A DNA stretch of 42,212 bases, taken from Octopus bimaculoides. Its lineage: Eukaryota. Position numbers and translations under genes: made by a program. Location of the stretch: positions 77,945,827 through 77,988,038 of the forward strand of contig NC_068987.1 of the NCBI RefSeq assembly GCF_001194135.2, read 5' to 3'. The notes under the pieces were generated by a model. That model was not told the origin of the DNA. It searched no databases and was given only the letters and a program-made list of their open reading frames with translations. Shown here in pieces: positions 36,269 through 42,212 of this stretch; position 1 is the stretch's first letter; the number at the start of each line of letters is the position of its first letter.

Positions 36269-36272
36269 GTAG

Positions 36273-36326
36273 GATTCGTTTCAATCAACGTATTTTAAGA
36301 TTTGGGACACGAGGGGGATGGTCGAG
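36273..36326 (+). CDS. weak candidate 54-bp exon
   Basis: aatttgtag| and GAG|gtaggc. Open as DSFQSTYFKIWDTRGMVE (phase 0-0) or IRFNQRILRFGTRGGWS (phase 2-2). Confidence 0.25.
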
Positions 36327-37118
36327 GTAGGCCTGCACATCGGTATATATATATACCATGTACAAATACATCCGTATATACTCATACATACATGGACTAT
36401 CAAAACCCACACATATCCATACACATACACACACATATACATGTACACACAACGATGTATATGTGTATAGATAAACATGTATATGTAATTATATGCGTAT
36501 GCACACCAGCGTGCGGTACCACGATCCAATGTAAGTTCCAGATCCAATAGGAAAGTTTCCGTCTATGGTGTTTACATAAAATAAGAATACAAATTGTTTT
36601 AAAACCGTTTTTTTCAGGTGAGTTAAAAATTAAAAATTTGGTCTGGAGAAAAAATTCCAAGATGTGGGATAATGTGGACTGACCCTCTCGTTTCGGTATT
36701 AATGAAGATTGTGAGGAGATTCCGAGCTTTAACCAGATTTCATAGGCCTATAGATCATTAGTCAATCAACGGACAATGCCACATTAAATTATTTCTCTAA
36801 CGAGAGATAGAACAAGAGATAAAAGATAAGAGGAAGACAGAGAAAAAGAAATAGGAAGGAGGGAGAAGAGATGCTAGATTAAGTGTTACCGGCGTAGTGT
36901 GGCCAAGGCAAATATCCTGATGTCAGCAGAGAAATTACTATTGGCCTGTAGATTATCAAACGGGTACCTTTACGATAACGGATACCTACGTACACTCATA
37001 CTAGTCACTCTTACATGTGACACTTACATGCAAACACACACGTATGTGTATGTGTATATATATCAACATATACATTTGCGGATGAGCGTATACACATACA
37101 CACACACGAGCACATATA

Positions 37119-37166
<48 letters not shown>

Positions 37167-37693
37167 NNNNNNNNNNNNNNNNNNNNNNNNNNNNNNNNNN
37201 NNNNNNNNNNNNNNNNNNNNNNNNNNNNNNNNNNNNNNNNNNNNNNNNNNNNNNNNNNNNNNNNNNNNNNNNNNNNNNNNNNNNNNNNNNNNNNNNNNNN
37301 NNNNNNNNNNNNNNNNNNNNNNNNNNNNNNNNNNNNNNNNNNNNNNNNNNNNNNNNNNNNNNNNNNNNNNNNNNNNNNNNNNNNNNNNNNNNNNNNNNNN
37401 NNNNNNNNNNNNNNNNNNNNNNNNNNNNNNNNNNNNNNNNNNNNNNNNNNNNNNNNNNNNNNNNNNNNNNNNNNNNNNNNNNNNNNNNNNNNNNNNNNNN
37501 NNNNNNNNNNNNNNNNNNNNNNNNNNNNNNNNNNNNNNNNNNNNNNNNNNNNNNNNNNNNNNNNNNNNNNNNNNNNNNNNNNNNNNNNNNNNNNNNNNNN
37601 NNNNNNNNNNNNNNNNNNNNNNNNNNNNNNNNNNNNNNNNNNNNNNNNNNNNNNNNNNNNNNNNNNNNNNNNNNNNNNNNNNNNNNNNNNNNN

Positions 37694-37729
<36 letters not shown>

Positions 37730-38078
37730 ATACATTTACTTGCACGTATACACACACCTATATATACACAAGCTTACACTCACAAAGGTACCCGTACAAA
37801 TATACATATATATAAGCATTCACATACTCGAATACAAGGATTTATCATTTCATATATATGTATATGCATATTATGTTTGAAGAGCTTGTCATATCTGATT
37901 AGTTGAAAAATATGTATATACTTTGAATATATTAATCATTTATGCTTAAATGTATATAGTATTGCACAGTTACTCAATGATACTCCAAATCGATATTTCA
38001 GTATTTAGAGTAAAGTATATACTAGTGAGGTTTAATAAGACAGAAACTTATCCGGAGTTCTCCTCCTGAAATGCTGAA

Positions 38079-38170
<92 letters not shown>
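38079..38170. repeat. (TCTA)n(TCTG)n tetranucleotide array
   Basis: Direct reading. Confidence 0.96.
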
Positions 38171-38294
38171 TTTAGTCAGTCTGTCTTTTGGTCAGTCTGT
38201 TTAGCTGCCTACCTGTCTGTATGTTTATAAGCATTGTATTTGTGTACACACATATGCACCGATGATAGTAACTCTTTCCTCACTCTACTTTTGC

Positions 38295-38334
<40 letters not shown>

Positions 38335-38559
38335 TCTTTCCCTCATGCACGCACATACATATACACACACAGACACTCCTACATACACAAACACACTTCC
38401 AAACATAAATCCTCACAGTTAAAATTCTGACTTGTTACTTTCGGACATAACTCTCTCTCTCTTCACATGCCGAGACTTTGCCGCTCTCTTTCGCTTACTT
38501 TTCCTATCTTACACAGTTTATCTGTTACTATGATTCTATGCGCCTTATTTAGTTTCATA

Positions 38560-38875
38560 GTGAAGGCGAGTGTCTTAGTGGTTAGGGCATTCGGCTCACG
38601 ATTGTAAGGTCGTGAGTTGAAATCTCGCGACGCGTTGTGTCCTTGAATAAGACACTTTATTTCGCTCCAGTCCACTCAGCTGGCAAAAATGAGTTCTACT
38701 TGTACTTCAAAGGGCCAGGCTTGTCATATTCTGTGTCACATTGAATCTCCCCGAGATCTACGCTAAGAGTATACGCGTTTGTGGAGCGCTTAATCACATG
38801 CATGTTAATTTCACCAGCAAGCTTTTCCGTTGATCGGATCAATTGGAACCCTCGTCGTCGTAACTGACCGAGTGC
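38560..38875 (+). mobile_element. tRNA-derived SINE family C, with a different 3' half from the 1322-1532 copy
   Basis: gtgaaggcgagtgtcttagtggttagg...gagttgaaatc...ccttgaataagacactttatttc...ggaaccctcgtcgtcgtaactgaccgagtgc. Confidence 0.85.
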
Positions 38876-39248
38876 AGAGTCATTCACCGATTTTCATGTG
38901 TGCAAGTCTGGACGCAATCGTTCCAGTTTCGATTGCACTGACTAACATCTTAATTGAATTTTAGCAGCACCTTGGGCCTACAGAAAACTTGTGGGTGAAA
39001 TTTGTAAGACAAAACTCTATGGAAGCTAGTTGAATAGACTTTAATTCAAACGAGCAGAATATATCCACACTGCATCGCAATGATCCTGGCTGAGGATTAC
39101 ATAAGAGATGCTCATTTTTCTACGGAATTCAGCCAATTACTGTATAATTCAGAGAACAGGTAGCTGAGTTGATCTAACAACATGAATATTCATCGTCGAA
39201 ATTGACAGAGATCCATATACTTGAATTTTTTTCTTATAAAATTTGTTT

Positions 39249-39249
<1 letters not shown>

Positions 39250-39283
<34 letters not shown>

Positions 39284-39297
39284 CACGTGAGTGCGTG

Positions 39298-39332
<35 letters not shown>

Positions 39333-39398
39333 GTATATATATAAAGCTATATATATACATGTTTATACATATTTATACATACATATATATATATATAA

Positions 39399-39469
<71 letters not shown>

Positions 39470-39505
39470 TATACATATATGAATATGCATATATGTATAT
39501 ATATA

Positions 39506-39538
<33 letters not shown>

Positions 39539-40441
39539 GTGTTTGTGTGCGTATGTGTGTGGGTGTGTACGTGTATTCGTGCTGGCTTGCGTATGTCAGT
39601 GTGCATACTTGTATTTGTGCATCCGTGTGTATACCTCACTGATTATTTGTGTACCTCTCTCGCTCTCTCACTCTCTCTCCCCTTTCTCTCTCTGTTTCTC
39701 TTTCTCACTTTCTCTCACCCGCTCACCCCTCTCTCTCTAGTTGTGTGTGCACGCGAGTGTGTATGTGTTTGATAGTTGTTGTATATACGCGTGAGAATGT
39801 GTGCAGAAGGGAAATGGTAAAATCGTTAAGTGCAGTAATATCGAGTGAGGGCATTTCAATATATCTCTGCGTATGACACTTAATTCCATATACCTCCGGT
39901 CACCTAAATGCCATAAATATCTAACAAATATGTCCTGTCAATGTTACTGATTATAGAGCCATGCTTCAGCCAGGAGCAGAATAGAATTCTTCTAACATGC
40001 ATAACGTGGTTGAATCTGTACGGAGGCTAAGCGGTAGCTTTGTGTATGACAAAGATACTCGTAAACACTACCATACTGTTATGTATGAATGCATGTATGC
40101 ATGTATGTATGTATGTATGTATGTATGTATGTATATCTATGTTTGCATATATGAATGTGGACGTATGGTTACGAGTACGTATATATGACTATGTTTGTAT
40201 AAGTATGGATATATTGTATATTTCTGACTTCAATCTATATTTTTTCTGTTTCTAATCTTGTCTTTTACTTTGCCTTACTCTTAAATATGTGTGAGACTTT
40301 GTCTATATGTGTTTATGTCTTCATGCATATAAAAATATGTACGTATACATATATACATACATATATACATACATATATACATTTATGTACTTAAGTATCT
40401 ATATATCTATATATCTATACTTATATCTGTCTTTATGTCTG

Positions 40442-40496
<55 letters not shown>

Positions 40497-40560
40497 GCGA
40501 GTCTGTATGTATAGATGTCTATCACCAGCTATATATATATATATATGTGTATATAATGAG
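39250..40560. repeat. cluster of (GT), (TA), (CT), (TATG) and (TCTA) microsatellites
   Basis: Direct reading; short unique spacers lie in between. Confidence 0.9.
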
Positions 40561-40614
40561 AAAGAAAAAGAGAGAAGCTTTAGTATGTATATATATATAT
40601 TAAAGCTTTCTTTT

Positions 40615-40770
40615 TTATTTTCTCTCTGTTTATTTTCTGGTGTTCCTTTCTGTTGAAGAGCGTAGATTCGAAACGTAAAAGACTTTCTCACGTTCCCGAG
40701 CGTTAAACTAATACACCTGTTTGTTGTTTACACACCTGTCTTCTTCGTTTGCTTTTTGTAAATTCCTATC
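40615..40770 (+). repeat. probable Penelope-like terminal repeat segment
   Basis: tgaagagcgtagattcgaaacgt motif abutting the RT. This motif style is typical of PLE terminal repeats (inference). Confidence 0.45.
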
Positions 40771-40773
40771 GCA

Positions 40774-41575
40774 GTGCCTGATTTTTATCCTGAACAAAAT
40801 CAACAAGGATTCCGTTCTGGTTTCATTCAATGTAATAAACCTCTGCACTTCTGTTCTTCACGAATACGGAATAAAAGCCATATAATTCTGGGTAGAAAAA
40901 AAATCCCAATTGACATTCCTGACCGAATCGGAAAAGAATTCAGCATTGAAGGAATAAAATTCATCCTACACAACAACTTCAACTTCAACGAGAACACCTA
41001 CAGATAAAAATCAGGCACTGCTATGGGAACGAGGGTAGTCCCTACTTTTGCTAACCTTGGCATTCTTAGGAGTCCAAATATACGAGTATGTTAGACTGAA
41101 ATTTGGAAACAACTTCCAAAAATACTTACTCGCCACCTGGACGATTGTTTCATTCTGTGCTCTCATGACCTTGAGCAACACTTAGAATTTAAAAACTTAA
41201 TCGAGCAGCATTAATCACAATATCCAATTTACAATGGAATACAGCCACAAACAGCTACTCTTCCTGGACATCTTAATCATAAAAAAAATACTAAAACTGA
41301 AGCCGACATCTACTTCAAACCAATGGACTCAATACAACATCTATTCTCTTCCTGCCACCCAAAACATATTAAAATCAATATACCGTTCAACTTAGCAAGT
41401 TGAATTTGCACGATCGCATCAAGTTCCGAAACCCGATATAAACGACTCCAAGGACTTACATTAATAGAAAGAAAATACCCGGGTAGTTTAGTCAAAAACA
41501 GAAGAGAACATGCAAAAACGATAGACATCCAAGAGTTATGGAAAACAAGAAAGCTTGAATACAAAACAACCAGAT
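40774..41575 (+). mobile_element. Penelope-like element reverse transcriptase, decayed
   Basis: LVSFNVINLCTS..HEYGIKAI, ILHNN.FNFNEN.Y, GTAMGTRVVPTFANL, RHLDDCF, IQFTMEYS..LLFLDILI, DIYFKP, SCHPKHIKINIPF, with frameshifts and stops. No GIY-YIG seen. Confidence 0.88.
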
Positions 41576-41823
41576 ACAACAGGCATAATTCGAAAACTTT
41601 GGTAACAGTCTTCCTCCTGGGTTTCGAAACTGCAACTACAAATCACTATACAATAACACCACACAACTTCTCTCAAACACCAGTTGTTGACGTCACCTAT
41701 ATCTAGACCAATGAAATTTTACCTCCGATCAGAACTGGACCCTCAGGGAAAAACAAACTGGCTCCTTAAGAGAATCAACCAACCGGAATGGTTGATGACC
41801 ATTCCATACAAGGAAGTCAACCG

Positions 41824-41860
41824 AACTTGACGACCAGAAACCAAACTTGACGACCAGAAA
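41824..41860. repeat. 20-bp-period tandem duplication aacttgacgaccagaaa x2
   Basis: Copies at 41824-41840 and 41844-41860. Confidence 0.9.
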
Positions 41861-42181
41861 GAATAAGACGTCATCAGAATTATAACGAATCAAAATTTAG
41901 GTCCGTTTGCGGAAAAACATATACATACACTGATTCCAAAACACTTCGTTAAAAGCGAGAAGCTCTGTACGCGACGGAAAAAAGAATCAGACGCAAGATG
42001 ACAGAAACGTTTTTACTCTCTTCTTTTGTTATTTCTCTCTCTTGTGCATGTATTCTATAATAACTCAATATGACAGAACTTTTAGTTATCCAAGTTTTAA
42101 TTACAAGTTTTTCAAATTCAGGTGCATTTTCAAAAACAAATTCTATATTTTTTTCTGCGTGGAAATACACCATTTCTTTCC

Positions 42182-42212
<31 letters not shown>

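Noticed and set aside
40650-40700. Hammerhead-like motif tgaaga..gaaacgt..acgt in the PLE repeat
   Set aside because: C3 of the CUGANGA core is absent, stem II does not pair beyond one base pair, and no stem I partner was found. At best a dead remnant; an Infernal search of the family consensus would settle it.
41949-42173. 74-aa minus-strand ORF MVYFHAEKNIEFVFENAPEF...
   Set aside because: No recognisable homology, weak splice signals, and it abuts a TA repeat at the window edge.

Overview
AT-rich, microsatellite-dense eukaryotic scaffold with nine N gaps. The SINE families look like those of Octopus (coleoid cephalopod); this is pattern recognition, not a database result. There is no complete identifiable host gene, and nearly all supplied ORFs are microsatellite or N-gap artefacts. 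The window is dominated by mobile DNA: about 25 copies of three tRNA-derived SINE families (called A, B, C here), a 1229-bp decayed DD37D (maT-like) Tc1/mariner element, two pogo/Tigger-like MITEs, a 328-bp foldback element, a Tx1/L1-clade LINE 3' end, four pieces of R4/Dong-type (RLE) LINEs, RTE fragments and a decayed Penelope-like RT. Unique sequence holds a phase-compatible chain of candidate plus-strand exons (7407, 10354, 15870/15908, 21439) for a protein I cannot name. The most interesting signal is a Tx1-like LINE whose last 28 bp match the alternative tail of SINE family A (26/28). That LINE is joined at an internal site of a family-A SINE head, and the SINE with this tail sits at about the same site of another family-A copy. 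This suggests a SINE/LINE partnership that targets the SINE itself. Dong-type LINEs also chain into (TAA)n tails left by other retroelements, once inside a precisely split SINE.
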